From an uncultured Chloroflexia bacterium (lineage in GTDB: Bacteria > Chloroflexota > Limnocylindria > Limnocylindrales > CSP1-4), in assembly GCA_963720495.1 (NCBI GenBank), contig CAVRFU010000004.1:295900-359899 (forward strand): a stretch of DNA of 64,000 nt, given 5' to 3'. Shown here in pieces: positions 1-11,271 of the stretch. The position numbers and the translations under genes are program-made. Below the pieces are notes generated by a model. It saw only the letters and a program-made list of their open reading frames with translations. It made no database searches and had not been told where the DNA came from. Each line of letters begins with the position of its first letter. Position 1 is the stretch's first letter.

Positions 1-4
1 CAGC

Positions 5-1376
5 ATGGGACCCCTGCCGCCCGCAGCGGCCCTCAAGGATCCGGCCAAGTCGATCGGCGACTTCCGTGTCCTGGCCCTGGTCTCGATCAAGGACCCGGCC
101 GGCGCGCAGGCGTGGCTCGACGCCGCAGCTGACCAAGGCCGGCGCGACCTCGACGACGGAGGCCTACCAGGGCGACACGATCCACCTGTTCCAGGAGTCC
201 CAGGGCATCCAGCCCGCCTACGCGATCGTCGACGGCAAGGTCATCGCGATCGGCGACGAGTCCTCGGTCAAGGCCGCGATCGATACCAACGGTTCCGGCG
301 GCTTCGCCGACGAGCCCGGGCCGAAGGCCGCGCTCGGTTCGGTCAGCGGCGATCACGTCGGCTTCGCGTACACGGCACTCCGCCCGCTGCTGGCCTGGAG
401 CGAGCAGCTCAGCGAGTCGATGGGCGCCGGAGCCGGCGCCTCCGCAGCGCCGGCGGTCACCGCGGCCATGCTCAAGGCGATCCCTGAGTGGGCCGCCTAC
501 TGGCTCAAGTTCCAGGACGACGCCATCGTCATGGAGGCGACCCTCCCGAAGCCGGAGACGGCTGTCGGCCCGACCGAGAACCGGTCGTCCAAGATCGCCG
601 AGCACATCCCGTCGACGGCGGTCGTCGCGGCAACCACCAACGACCTGGGCAAGAACCTGAAGCAGGCGCTCGACTACTACCGCTCCGAGCCGTCGTTCAA
701 GTCGATGATCGATCAGATCGACCAGGGTCTCAGCCTGGTCGGCGGCGAGGATGCGGCTGTTGGCTGGGTCGGCGACAGCGCGGCCGTCGTCGACCTCGTC
801 GACGGCACGCCGGAAGGCGGCCTGATCGTGTCGCCGACCGATCCGGAGAATGCCCAGAAGCTGTTCACCGCGCTCCGCGGCTTCCTCGCGCTTGCCGGCA
901 CCCAGCAGGGCATCACGGTCACGGACGAGGACTACAACGGGACGAAGATCACGATCGTCGACCTCGGCGACATCAGCAAGCTGGCCGGCACGGCCGGCTC
1001 GGATGTGCAGGTGCTCCCGCTGCCGGCCGGCCACGTCCAGATCGCGTACGCGGTCACGGACCAGGTCGTCGTCATCGGGTCGGGTCCCGGCTTCGTCAAG
1101 CACGTCCTCGACACGACGGCCGGCACCTCGCTGGCCGCGAACGACGACTACAAGAAGCTCGTCGACCGGGTCGGCCCGACCACGGGGACGATCTTCGTCG
1201 ACATCACCGCCATCCGCGAGGCGGCCGAGAAGGTCGTCAGCGCCAGCGATCCGGCCGGGTACAAGACGTACACGACCGACATCAAGCCGTTCGTCGAGCC
1301 ATTCGACGCGCTGATCGAGGCGGGCTCCGTTTCGGGCGACCTGACCAAGTCGGTCGTCGTCATCACCGTCCACTGA
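5..1376 (+). CDS. DUF3352-like hypothetical protein; possibly 5'-partial, with an apparent +1 frameshift near nt 110-130
   Basis: Frame-2 ORF 5..487 and frame-0 ORF 66..1376 both read as plausible protein ([26 protein letters not shown], then [20 protein letters not shown]...). The gene lies immediately upstream of rpsP. Confidence 0.45.
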
Positions 1377-1425
1377 GGTCGGGACGCCCCGTCCCGGCAT
1401 CGACAAGGGAGGAACACCACCACTC

Positions 1426-1680
1426 ATGGCAGTTCGCATCAGGCTCACGCGCGTCGGCGCGCACAAGCAGCCGAGCTATCGCGTCGTCGTGGCCGACGGC
1501 CGCAGCGCCCGTGACGGGCGCTCGCTCGAGACCCTCGGCCACTACAACCCGCGCACGGAACCGGCCGAGTTCGTCGTCGACGCCGATCGGGCGAAGGCGT
1601 GGCTCGACAAGGGCGCCCAGCCGTCTGACACGGTCCAGCGCCTCTTCCGCCAGGCGGGCATCCTGCCCGCCGCCAAGTAG
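1426..1680 (+). CDS. rpsP: 30S ribosomal protein S16
   Basis: [27 protein letters not shown]... is the classic bS16 N-terminus. ATG at 1426 is preceded by AAGGGAGGAAC. Confidence 0.95.
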   Translation: MAVRIRLTRVGAHKQPSYRVVVADGRSARDGRSLETLGHYNPRTEPAEFVVDADRAKAWLDKGAQPSDTVQRLFRQAGILPAAK

Positions 1681-1692
1681 GGGGCCGCGACG

Positions 1693-1926
1693 ATGGCAGC
1701 CAAGGACCTGGTCGAGTACGTCGCGAAGTCCCTTGTCGATGACCCGGATGCGGTGACCGTCGAGGTCGTCGAGGAGGACGGCGCGACCGTCATCGAGCTC
1801 CACGTCGCCGAGGACGACATGGGCAAGGTCATCGGGCGCAACGGGAGCGTCGCCAAGGCGCTCCGGACCCTGCTCAAGGTGACCGCCGCCCGCGACGGCG
1901 AGCCGGTCCAGCTCGAGATCCTCTGA
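1693..1926 (+). CDS. KH-domain RNA-binding protein (KhpA/YlqC-like)
   Basis: 77 aa with the ...DMGKVIGRNGSVAKALRTLL KH motif. It sits in the conserved position between rpsP and rimM. Confidence 0.85.
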   Translation: MAAKDLVEYVAKSLVDDPDAVTVEVVEEDGATVIELHVAEDDMGKVIGRNGSVAKALRTLLKVTAARDGEPVQLEIL

Positions 1927-1943
1927 GCGTCGATGAGCGGCTC

Positions 1944-2615
1944 GTGGTCGCCCTCGTCCGGGGCGTCCACGGGCTCAACGGCGCGGTCCGGGCGGAGGTC
2001 CTGACCGACCGGCCCGAGGACCGCTTCGTCGCCGGCGCCGTTCTCTACCGGGAGGGCGATGGCCGCCCGCTGACGATCGCGTCGGCGGAGGCCGTGGCGG
2101 ATGGCCCGGGCTGGCGGCTGCGCTTCCGCGAGGTGACCACGCGCGACGCGCGCCGACGCCCTTCGTGGCGCGTATCTCGAATCGGTCGTCCGGCCGGACG
2201 AGGACCTGGCCCGCGGGTCGTACTACTGGCACGAGGTCATCGGCTGTGCCGTTCGCGGCATCGATGGCGAGGAGCTCGGCACGGTCAAGGACATCTACCG
2301 GGTCGGCGAGACCGAGGTGTTCACCGTCGACGGCGGCGCCTATGGGAGCTTCGACCTGCCGGCCGTCCGCGCATTCATCCGGATCTTCGCTCCGCGCCGC
2401 GGCGAGATCGTGGTCGACGCCGCGTCGCTCGATCTGCGTCCGGCCCGGTCGCGCACGCCGGATCCGGATCGTCCCAAGGCACCCCGTCGCCGGAGCCGAC
2501 GTGGCGCGGCAGCATCGGCCTCCGAACCGGCCCCGGCCGGCGACACAGCGGCCGAGATACCCGACCCAGCGGCCGAGGCAGCCCGATCCCGGGGCCCGCG
2601 GAGCCCGAGGCATGA
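1944..2615 (+). CDS. rimM: 16S rRNA processing protein RimM (frame-disrupted; 3' end uncertain)
   Basis: N-terminus [28 protein letters not shown] runs in frame 0. The body [12 protein letters not shown]...[14 protein letters not shown] continues in frame 1 after ~2145. The frame-0 stop TGA 2613-2615 forms an ATGA overlap with the trmD start. Confidence 0.7.
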   Translation: MVALVRGVHGLNGAVRAEVLTDRPEDRFVAGAVLYREGDGRPLTIASAEAVADGPGWRLRFREVTTRDARRRPSWRVSRIGRPAGRGPGPRVVLLARGHRLCRSRHRWRGARHGQGHLPGRRDRGVHRRRRRLWELRPAGRPRIHPDLRSAPRRDRGRRRVARSASGPVAHAGSGSSQGTPSPEPTWRGSIGLRTGPGRRHSGRDTRPSGRGSPIPGPAEPEA

Positions 2616-3288
2616 CCCTCGAGATCGACGTCCTGACGCTCTTCCCGGCGATGTTCGAAGGGCCGCTCGCCGCGAGCATCCCCGGCCGGATCCAGGAACA
2701 GGGTCTTGCCACGGTCCGGATCCACGACCTGCGCGACTGGGGCATCGGCCGGCATCGCTCGGTCGACGACGCGCCGTACGGTGGGGGAGCGGGGATGATC
2801 CTGCGGCCGGAGCCGGTCGCGGACGCGCTCGACGCGCTGCGACGCGACGAGTCGACCGACGATCCTCCTCGACCCGATCGGCGAGGTCTTCCGCCAGGCC
2901 CGGGCCGCGGACCTGGCCGGCGCGCTCGCACCTCATCTTCGTCTGCCCGCGCTACGAGGGCGTCGACGAACGCATCCGGTCGCTGGTCGATCTCGAGCTG
3001 TCGATCGGGGACTACGTGCTCACCGGCGGTGAGCTGCCGGCCCTCGTCGTCATCGATGCCGTCATCCGCCTGCTGCCCGGGGCGATCGAGGCGGCCTCGA
3101 CGGTCGAGGAATCCTTCGCCGAGGGCCTCCTCGAATACCCGCAGTACACGCGGCCGGCGGTCTTCCGCGGCATGGACGTGCCGGCCATCCTGACCTCCGG
3201 CGACCATGGGGCCGTGGCCCGCTGGCGCCGGGAGCAGGCGATCGAGCGGACCCGACTCCGCCGTCCCGATCTGGCGCCCGGCGACTGA
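2612..3288 (+). CDS. trmD: tRNA (guanine37-N1)-methyltransferase TrmD (two +1 frame disruptions near 2855 and 2928)
   Basis: [33 protein letters not shown] runs in frame 2, [23 protein letters not shown] in frame 0, and [16 protein letters not shown]...[15 protein letters not shown] in frame 1. Confidence 0.8.
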
Positions 3289-3312
3289 CGGCTCGCGAGG
3301 CCGTGCTATACT
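3285..3312 (+). promoter_or_regulatory. Putative promoter for rplS: cTGACG, 16-nt spacer, extended -10 TGcTATACT
   Basis: CTGACG at 3285-3290 and TATACT at 3307-3312 with an upstream TGC, about 80 nt upstream of the rplS GTG. The same TGCTAYACTCC motif recurs upstream of rpsB, nusA, rpsO and asd. Confidence 0.4.
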
Positions 3313-3391
3313 CCGCCGCCGACGCCCGTCCGCGTCGCTTCCGAACGCCAAACCGCAGCCACGGCTGCCCAGAAGAGTCAGGAACCGCCCC

Positions 3392-3742
3392 GTGACCGTG
3401 CTCGACGAGATCGTCCAGGACCAGCTTCGATCCGACCTCCCCGTCCTCGCGACCGGCGATACCGTGAAGGTGTCGGCCAAGGTCGTCGAGGGCAACCGCG
3501 AGCGCATCCAGGTCTTCGAGGGGACCGTCATGCGCCTGCGCGGCGGCGGCATCACCCGATCGATCACCGTCCGCCGGATCGCCTCAGGCGTCGGCGTCGA
3601 GCGGACCTTCAAGATCAACAGCCCGCGGATCGAGAAGATCGAGGTCGTCCGGCACGGCGTCGCCCGGCGCGCCCAGCTGTACTTCCTGCGCGACCGCGTC
3701 GGCAAGGCCGCGACCCTGCGCGAGCGGCGCACCAACGGCTGA
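3392..3742 (+). CDS. rplS: 50S ribosomal protein L19
   Basis: [27 protein letters not shown]...[18 protein letters not shown] at 3392 follows GGAA; the gene is 116 aa. Confidence 0.9.
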   Translation: MTVLDEIVQDQLRSDLPVLATGDTVKVSAKVVEGNRERIQVFEGTVMRLRGGGITRSITVRRIASGVGVERTFKINSPRIEKIEVVRHGVARRAQLYFLRDRVGKAATLRERRTNG

Positions 3743-3787
3743 CGGCCGGCGGCCCGCACCGGCCGCGAACCCGCACCTTGACCGCAC

Positions 3788-3810
3788 GACCCCGCCCATC
3801 CGGCGGGGTC
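3788..3810 (+). terminator. GC-rich hairpin downstream of rplS (9-bp stem GACCCCGCC / GGCGGGGTC, no clear U-tract)
   Basis: Perfect 9-bp inverted repeat with a 5-nt loop, 46 nt after the rplS stop. The lack of a T-tract makes intrinsic terminator function uncertain. Confidence 0.3.
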
Positions 3811-3836
3811 GCTCGATTCCGGTAGGCTATCGGTCG

Positions 3837-4613
3837 ATGGCTCCGATCGTCCCGACCCTCCGCCACGAGCGCCGTCTCTGGAACGCGGGGATCGAGCGGG
3901 TCGTCGGCGTCGACGAGGTGGGCGTGGCCCCGACCTGCGGCGCCGTCGTGGCGGCCGCCGTGATCATGCGGCCGGGCTGTCACCGGATCCCCGGCGTCCG
4001 CGACTCCAAGACGCTCTCCGCCGCGCAGCGCGAACGGCTGGCTCCGCTCATCCGGGCGCGGGCGGTGGCCGTCGGGGTCGGAGCCGCGTCCGTGCGCGAG
4101 ATCGACCAGCTCAACATCTATCACGCCACGCACCTGGCCATGCGCCGCGCGATCGCCCGGGTCCGGGGCCACGACCACGTCCTCGTCGACGGCAACCGGA
4201 TCGTCGGGTTCGAGGCGCACGTCGGTCCGTACTCGAACATCGTCGACGGCGACGCCAAGGTCTACTCGATCGCGTGCGCCTCCGTCGTGGCCAAGGTCGT
4301 CCGCGACCGGATGATGAACCGGCTCGCCGCGCGCTATCCCGGCTACGGCTGGGAGCACAACCAGGGCTACGCCACGCTGGAGCATCGGATGGCCATCCGG
4401 GAGCTCGGCCTGACGCCGTTCCACCGCCGGTCGTTCCTCGCCCTCCAGCGGACGCTCGCCGGGGACCAGCTCGAGCTGGACCTCCTGGCCGATCCCGCCG
4501 CCTCCTCCGCCACGCACGAGCTGCTGGCCCGCGAGCTGACCCCGGTCATGGCCGACGACGCGATGCTCGATGCGGCCGACCTCGAGGCCCTGGAGCTCGG
4601 CGTCCTCGCCTGA
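3837..4613 (+). CDS. rnhB: Ribonuclease HII
   Basis: VVGVDEVGVAPTCGAVVAAAV..DSK..S...RE.L...I and the conserved RNase HII core, at full length. Confidence 0.9.
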   Translation: MAPIVPTLRHERRLWNAGIERVVGVDEVGVAPTCGAVVAAAVIMRPGCHRIPGVRDSKTLSAAQRERLAPLIRARAVAVGVGAASVREIDQLNIYHATHLAMRRAIARVRGHDHVLVDGNRIVGFEAHVGPYSNIVDGDAKVYSIACASVVAKVVRDRMMNRLAARYPGYGWEHNQGYATLEHRMAIRELGLTPFHRRSFLALQRTLAGDQLELDLLADPAASSATHELLARELTPVMADDAMLDAADLEALELGVLA

Positions 4614-4651
4614 TACGTCGCGAGATAAGGGTCGCCTGCGACGATGCCGCG

Positions 4652-5050
4652 GTGGCGGACCGACCCGACGACCCGAGGCGGACGGCGGCCCAGCAGGCGG
4701 GTGATGCCGCCGAGACGCTGGTCGCGACACGCCTGGCGGACGCCGGTTGGACCGTCCTGGCCCGGAACGTCCATGTCGGTCGCCACGAGCTGGACCTCGT
4801 GGCGATCGACCCGGGTCCACCGGCCGCGCTCGTGGTCGTGGAGGTCCGCTGGCGCGCAGACCGGGACTTCGGCTTGCCGGAGGAGACCGTCGACCATCGC
4901 AAGCGCGTCCGGGTCCGGGCAGCGGCCTACGGGCTCATCGACCGCGGCACGCTGCCGGACGGAGCGCCGGTCCCGCGCCTGCCGTTGCGGTTCGACCTCG
5001 TCGTCGTCGAGCCCGGCGGGCGCATCCGACACCACCGGCATGCGCTGTAA
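4652..5050 (+). CDS. yraN: YraN/UPF0102 family endonuclease
   Basis: GDAAETLVATRLADAGWTVLARNVHVGRHELDLVAIDPG...LVVVEVRWR is the UPF0102 fold motif. The GTG 4652 start was chosen; the upstream part of the ORF is the shadow of the rnhB 3' end. Confidence 0.75.
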   Translation: MADRPDDPRRTAAQQAGDAAETLVATRLADAGWTVLARNVHVGRHELDLVAIDPGPPAALVVVEVRWRADRDFGLPEETVDHRKRVRVRAAAYGLIDRGTLPDGAPVPRLPLRFDLVVVEPGGRIRHHRHAL

Positions 5051-5202
5051 GGGAGTCGATTCGCGCACGGGCCACTTCACGCGCGATTGCTCCCTGCGTA
5101 GTGGCCTTACCCCTTTTCCTCCGTTCGCCGGACGGGCAATCTGCGGGCCGCCAGCCCCCAGGACGACCTGGCTGTGGCACGACAGCTCGAAAGGGAGCCC
5201 GA

Positions 5203-5955
5203 ATGACGACCATCGATCCGACCAACCAACCCCTGCCGAAGCCACGCCGACGACACGGTCTCGGCGCTGAAGGGATCGAGGCGCTGCGATCACGCCAGGA
5301 CGGCAAGTGCGCCATCTGCCAGAGGCCTGAGACCGATGCACCCGGAGGTCGCCTGGCCGTCGACCACGATCACGCCCACTGCCCCGGCAAGATCGGGTGC
5401 CCGGTCTGCGTCCGCGGTCTCCTCTGCGTGAGCTGCAACAACCTCCTCAGGGCGGCTCGAGACGACCAGCAGGTCCTGCGGGCGGCGATCGAGTACATCG
5501 CCAGTCCGGGAACATCGAAGCCCCGGGTAGAGGATCTGCCGGTCACCGAGCTGCTCCGTCGGCTGCGCCATGACGGCCCGGACCCGCGCCTCATGCCCCG
5601 GCAGGGCCGGCGCGACCGCTTCTTCATGATGTGCCTCGACGCCCCGACCGCGGCCGAAACGGTCGCCGAGGCCGGGTGGATGCTGGACAACGACCCTCAG
5701 GGCTACCGTGACGCGATCCGACGGGCGGACGAGTTCTACGGCGGACCCGGCGGCCTTGACGCCCATCTCGCGAAGGTCCTCCCGCAAGCACCCGACGACA
5801 CGGCCAGCCGAGCCTTCTTCCAGGAGGTGGCCGTCGAACGCGCCAAGCTCGGAATGTCGTCGCCTGGAATGCCGGGCCGCCAAGTGACGCTGGGCGACCT
5901 CAACCGATACTTGCGCGCCAAGGCTCGCAAGGACAAGGAGGCAGCCGGCGGATGA
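5203..5955 (+). CDS. Endonuclease VII (T4 gp49-like, HNH superfamily) domain protein with an uncharacterised ~140-aa C-terminal domain
   Basis: CAICQRPETDAPGGRLAVDHDHAHCPGKIGCPVCVRGLLCVSCNNLL is the Endonuclease_7 Zn-finger/HNH-like motif. ATG 5203 is preceded by AAGGGAG. Confidence 0.7.
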   Translation: MTTIDPTNQPLPKPRRRHGLGAEGIEALRSRQDGKCAICQRPETDAPGGRLAVDHDHAHCPGKIGCPVCVRGLLCVSCNNLLRAARDDQQVLRAAIEYIASPGTSKPRVEDLPVTELLRRLRHDGPDPRLMPRQGRRDRFFMMCLDAPTAAETVAEAGWMLDNDPQGYRDAIRRADEFYGGPGGLDAHLAKVLPQAPDDTASRAFFQEVAVERAKLGMSSPGMPGRQVTLGDLNRYLRAKARKDKEAAGG

Positions 5956-6008
5956 CCGACGCCGGTAAGCGAGCGGCCGATCGCCGTCCGGAGGGCTAGA
6001 TTCTGGTC

Positions 6009-7109
6009 GTGTCCGTCAGTTGGCCCCAGGCCCTCGCATGGCGCATGCGGCGACAGCTCCTGGAACCGATCGGCAGCGAATCGGTCGAGGGGGTCGTGCG
6101 CCGATTGGGGGCAGTCCAGGCCCAGTTCGAAACCGCAACCGAGCTCGCCGTCCGGACAAGACGCCAACGATCCCGGCCGGGCGAGGTCGCTCGTGCCCTG
6201 GCGGACGGGCGGATCATCAAGACGTTCGCCTTTCGAGGCGCGACGCACCTGATGACGCCAGAGGACGGGGGCGTCTACCTGGCTTTGCGGGCAGCCAGTC
6301 GAATGTGGGAGCTCCCGCGCTGGCAGAGCTACTACGGCCTGGCGCCATCCGATTGGCCGCGCCTTCGTGACGTGGTCCGAAAGGCGCTGGCCGACGGGCC
6401 GCTGACGCTGGAAGGGCTTGGCGCGGCGGTCACCACTCGGTCGCAGTTCCGGCATCTGACGTCCGTCTTCGACGGGAACCCCTGGACGCTGCTGAAGGCA
6501 CTTGCCTGGCAGGGAGAGTTCAGCCTCGGACCCCAGGCGGGACGCGCGACGTTTCAGCGCCTGGATCACAACCCTCGCTGGGCGGGAGTGCCTGAGCTCG
6601 ACGAGGCTGGACCGCGTGCCGTGGAGGCCTACTTCCGAGCATACGGACCAGCGACGTCAGACCACGTGCAGTACTGGCTCGGGAACGGCTTGGGCGCCGG
6701 GCGCAAGCGGATCCAGGCCTGGATCGCCGGCTTCGGTGATCGCCTCGCCCCGGTGGACATCGAGGGGGAGACCGCATTCGTCTTGCGCGAGCATCTCGAG
6801 GACCTGGCGGCGACCTCGCCGACCACTGCGATCCGCCTCCTCCCGGGCTACGACCAATGGATCCTCGGTCCGGGCACGTCCGACCCTCAGATCGTTCCGC
6901 CTGCTCGGCGGGCGCTGATCAGCCGCGGGGCCAATGTCGTGATCGATGGCGGAGTCGCGTCCGGGACGTGGACACGGACCCACGACCACATCGCCGTCGA
7001 CTGGTTCGCCGAACGCCGGCCACCCCCAAGGATGAGACTCGCCGACGAGGTAGAGCGGCTCGCCACGATCCTGGATCTGCCCATCCAGCTGTCTGTCCAG
7101 ACCGCATGA
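6009..7109 (+). CDS. Winged-helix HTH_42 protein, AlkZ/YcaQ-like DNA glycosylase family
   Basis: N-terminal RLGAVQAQFETA carries a Q-hydrophobic-Q motif like the AlkZ catalytic motif. The ~366-aa length is typical of the family. Confidence 0.7.
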   Translation: MSVSWPQALAWRMRRQLLEPIGSESVEGVVRRLGAVQAQFETATELAVRTRRQRSRPGEVARALADGRIIKTFAFRGATHLMTPEDGGVYLALRAASRMWELPRWQSYYGLAPSDWPRLRDVVRKALADGPLTLEGLGAAVTTRSQFRHLTSVFDGNPWTLLKALAWQGEFSLGPQAGRATFQRLDHNPRWAGVPELDEAGPRAVEAYFRAYGPATSDHVQYWLGNGLGAGRKRIQAWIAGFGDRLAPVDIEGETAFVLREHLEDLAATSPTTAIRLLPGYDQWILGPGTSDPQIVPPARRALISRGANVVIDGGVASGTWTRTHDHIAVDWFAERRPPPRMRLADEVERLATILDLPIQLSVQTA

Positions 7110-7139
7110 CGAGCCGCCGACCGGGAAAGGAGCCGCATC

Positions 7140-8035
7140 GTGATCCAGCACGCACTGACGGTCCGGACGCCGACGCTCGAGATCGCCTATCGAGCGAGTG
7201 GGCCGGTGGACGGCATCCCTGTCGTGCTGATGCACGGGTTTCCCGATGATCCCGGCGCCTACGACGGGACACTCGACGATCTCGAGGCCCTGGGCTGCCG
7301 GGTGTTCGCTCCCTGGCTGCGTGGCTACGGGCCGACCCGGTTCCTGGATGCGGCGACGCCTCGGTCCGGCCAGCAAGCGGCGCTGGGAGCCGATCTTCTC
7401 GCGTTCATGGACGCCCTGCGACCTCGACAGCGCGGTCCTCGTCGGCTACGACTGGGGCGGGCGGGCCGCCTGCATCGTCGCGGCGCTCTGGCCCGAGCGC
7501 TGCCGCGGCCTCGTCACGGTCGGCGCCTACAACATCCAGGACATCGCGAATGCCGAATCGACCGGCGCCGGTGTCGGAGGAGTATCGATACTGGTACCAG
7601 TGGTACTTCAATACCGAGCGCGGTCGCGCGGGCCTCGAGCAGGACCGGCGCGCCATCTGCAGGTTGCTCTGGCAGCTGTGGTCGCCGACGTGGTCGTTCG
7701 ACGATGAGACGTTCGAACGAGCAGCCGCCAGCTTCGACAATCCCGACTTCGTGGACGTCATCATCCACTCGTACCGTCATCGATACGGGGCGGCCGCCGG
7801 GGACCCGACGCTCGAATGGATCGAGCGGCGCCTCGCCGAGCTGCCTCCGATCGTCGTCTCGACGGTCGTCCTCCACGGCGCCGCGGACGCCGTCACTCCT
7901 CCGACCGACGCGGCAGAGGATGCCGTCCGATTCCTGGGCCCGTTCGAGCGTCACGTCGTCCCGAACGCCGGACATCTGCTGCCACGCGAGGCCCCAGGTT
8001 CCATCGTCGCCGCCATCAAGGCGCTGATCGGCTAG
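7140..8035 (+). CDS. Alpha/beta hydrolase (epoxide-hydrolase/haloalkane-dehalogenase-like HGFPD motif), two +1 frame disruptions
   Basis: VVLMHGFPDDPGAYDG... reads in frame 0, LVGYDWGGRAACIVAALWPERCRGLV in frame 1, and RYWYQWYFNTERG...VLHGAADAVTPP...NAGHLLP in frame 2. Confidence 0.7.
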
Positions 8036-8278
8036 CGATCGCGCTCGGCGACTCGGCGGCCGGCAGCCGGCGGCCACCCGGACCGACCCGTGCTACACTC
8101 CCGCCCGGTCCGGGACCTGATCCCGAGCCGCCAGAACCCATCGCCCGCGCCATCTCGGCGTGGAGCACACACGCGGACCGTTCCCGACCGGGACGGTGCC
8201 GGCCCGGCCACCAGGTGGCCGACCGGTCCCCGGCGACGGCGTCCGCGGAGGAATCGAACCGACAGGAGGTCGCTCACC

Positions 8279-9250
8279 GTGCCGTCCGTATCCATGCGCC
8301 AGCTGCTCGAGGCCGGTGTCCACTTCGGCCACCAGACCCGCCGCTGGAACCCGAAGATGAAGCCATTCATCTTCGCCGAGCGCAACGGGATCCACATCAT
8401 CGACCTGGCCCAGACGGTCCAGCGTCTCGATGTCGCCCTCGAGTTCGTCAGCGAGACCGTCGCGCGCGGCGAGCAGGTCCTGTTCGTCGGGACCAAGAAG
8501 CAGGCCCAGGAGCCGATCGCCCAGGAGGCGACCCGGGCCAACCAGCCGTACGTCAACAAGCGCTGGCTCGGCGGCATGCTCACCAACTTCGTCACGATCA
8601 AGAAGCGGATCGGCCTGCTCGAGCAGCTGGAGGCCCGTCAGGCCAACGGCGACTTCGAGCGGATGACCAAGAAGGAAGCGGCCAAGCTGACCGAGGAGAT
8701 GACCAAGCTCCAGGGCACGCTCGGCGGCATGCGCAAGATGAAGCGCCTGCCCGGCGCCATCTTCATCGTCGACCCGCACCGCGAGCGGATCGGCGTGACC
8801 GAGGCCAACAAGCTCGAGATCCCGGTGGTCGGCACCGGCGACACCAACGTCGACCCGGACGAGCTCGACTTCATCATCCCGGCCAACGACGACGCGATCC
8901 GGGCCATCCGCCTGCTGTGCACGCTGGTCGCCGACGCGGCGATCGAGGGTGCCCGCGAGCGCTCCGCCCGGAGCGCCTCGGAGCCCGAGCAGATCGAGGC
9001 GATGGCGATGCCCGAGGCCGAGGAAGAGGTCCCGGGTGCGACCGACGAGCTCGTCGCCGCCCTCGCCGGCGGGGCCGCGCTCTCGTTCGAACCGGACGCC
9101 GATGACGACGACCTCCTGCCCGGCGACCGCGTCGCCCGCGCCGAGGCTGCCGTCGCCGAGCCGCCCGCCGAGGCCACTCCGGAGGAGATCGCCGCCGAGC
9201 TCGCCCGCGAAGCGGCCGAGAAGGCGGACGATTCGCCCGCGGCGGGCTGA
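8279..9250 (+). CDS. rpsB: 30S ribosomal protein S2 with a ~100-aa acidic Ala/Glu/Pro-rich C-terminal extension
   Basis: [32 protein letters not shown]... GTG 8279 lies 8 nt after GACAGGAGGT. The TGCTACACTCC promoter-like motif sits at 8091-8101. Confidence 0.9.
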   Translation: MPSVSMRQLLEAGVHFGHQTRRWNPKMKPFIFAERNGIHIIDLAQTVQRLDVALEFVSETVARGEQVLFVGTKKQAQEPIAQEATRANQPYVNKRWLGGMLTNFVTIKKRIGLLEQLEARQANGDFERMTKKEAAKLTEEMTKLQGTLGGMRKMKRLPGAIFIVDPHRERIGVTEANKLEIPVVGTGDTNVDPDELDFIIPANDDAIRAIRLLCTLVADAAIEGARERSARSASEPEQIEAMAMPEAEEEVPGATDELVAALAGGAALSFEPDADDDDLLPGDRVARAEAAVAEPPAEATPEEIAAELAREAAEKADDSPAAG

Positions 9251-9353
9251 CCCCGTCATCGACACGCGCCGGCCCAGGCGGGCCGGCCGCACCACCACAC
9301 ACCCACCACAGCGGTCCGGACCGGGCCGCCGCGAGACAGGAGAACGAACAGGC

Positions 9354-9949
<596 letters not shown>

Positions 9950-9953
<4 letters not shown>

Positions 9954-10717
9954 CGGACTCGCCGACGGACGGCCGCCCGCTCCGCTACAAGCGGATCCTG
10001 CTCAAGCTGTCCGGTGAGGCCCTGCTCGGCGACCGGCCCTACGGGGTCGATCCGGCCGTCTGTACCTTCATCGCGCGCCAGGTCGCCGAGATCCATGGTC
10101 TGGGCGTCCAGATCGGCATCGTGGTCGGTGGCGGGAACATCTTCCGTGGCCTCGCCGCGTCGGCTCGCGGCATGGACCGGGCGACCGGCGATTACATCGG
10201 CATGCTCGCGACCGTCATGAACGGCCTGGCCCTCCAGGACGCGCTCGAGCGGGCCGGCGTCCCGACCCGGGTCATGACCGCGATCGCCATGAACGAGGTG
10301 GCCGAGCCCTACATCCGCCGGCGCGCCATCCGCCACCTGGAGAAGGGCCGTGTCGCGCTCTTCGTGGCCGGCACCGGCAACCCGTACTTCACGACCGACA
10401 CGGCCGCCGCCCTGCGCGCGGTCGAGATCAACGCCGAGGTCCTCCTCAAGGCGACCAAGGTGGACGGCGTGTACGACAAAGACCCGATGGCGCACGCCGA
10501 TGCGCGGCGGTACGCTCACCTCGACTACGCGGACCTGCTTCGCGACCAGCTCAAGGTCCTCGACGCGACCGCCGTGAGTCTGTGCATGGAGAACGACCTG
10601 CCCATCGTCGTCTTCGACCTGAACCAGCCTGACAACATCACGCGGGTGGCCGCCGGCGAGCCGGTCGGCACCCTCATCTCGGGCGCTTCGGGCGCCGCCG
10701 GAGGTGCGCCAGCATGA
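9950..10717 (+). CDS. pyrH: UMP kinase
   Basis: [19 protein letters not shown]...[12 protein letters not shown]...[16 protein letters not shown]. The GTG start overlaps the tsf stop (GTGA). Confidence 0.9.
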
Positions 10718-11271
10718 GCACCGAGATCATCGCCGACGCCGATCACAAGATGGCCCGTGCGGTCGAGGCCATGGAACGCGACTTCCAGGGCATCCGGACC
10801 GGCCGGGCGTCGACGGCGCTCGTCGAGCGCATCCACGTCGAGTACTACGGGACGTCCACACCGCTCAACCAGCTGGCCGGGATCAGCGTTCCCGAGCCCC
10901 ATCAGATCGTCATCCAGCCGTGGGATCGGGGCGTCCTCGGCGCGATCGAGAAGGCCATCACCAAGAGCGACATCGGGCTGATGCCGAACGTGGACGGCAC
11001 CGTCGTCCGCCTCAACATCCCGCCGCTCACCGAGGAGCGTCGCAAGGACCTCGTCCGGGTCGTCCACAAGCGGATGGAGGAGGCCAAGGTCGAGATCCGC
11101 AACCTGCGGCGCGACGCGGCCGACGGCCTCAAGAAGGAAGAGCGCGACGGCACGGTCGGGACCGACGAGGGGCACCGCCAGCTCGAGACGCTCCAGCGCA
11201 CGACCGATCGCTACATCGCCGAGGTCGACCGGGTCGGCGCCGGCAAGGAACAGGAGGTCCTCGAGGTCTAG
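10714..11271 (+). CDS. frr: Ribosome recycling factor
   Basis: The full-length 185-aa RRF sequence, ...[24 protein letters not shown].... Confidence 0.9.
   Translation: MSTEIIADADHKMARAVEAMERDFQGIRTGRASTALVERIHVEYYGTSTPLNQLAGISVPEPHQIVIQPWDRGVLGAIEKAITKSDIGLMPNVDGTVVRLNIPPLTEERRKDLVRVVHKRMEEAKVEIRNLRRDAADGLKKEERDGTVGTDEGHRQLETLQRTTDRYIAEVDRVGAGKEQEVLEV

Noticed and set aside
3743-3836. Possible tRNA (TCGATTCC T-loop-like string near 3815)
   Set aside because: No acceptor-stem complementarity or cloverleaf can be drawn. The nearby sequence forms a simple 9-bp hairpin instead, reported above as a terminator-like structure.
4747-5202. N-terminal 150 codons of the 402-aa ORF containing the Endonuclease VII-like gene
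   Set aside because: It overlaps the yraN coding region in another frame and is R/G/P-rich. ATG 5203, with an AAGGGAG RBS, gives a clean protein start.
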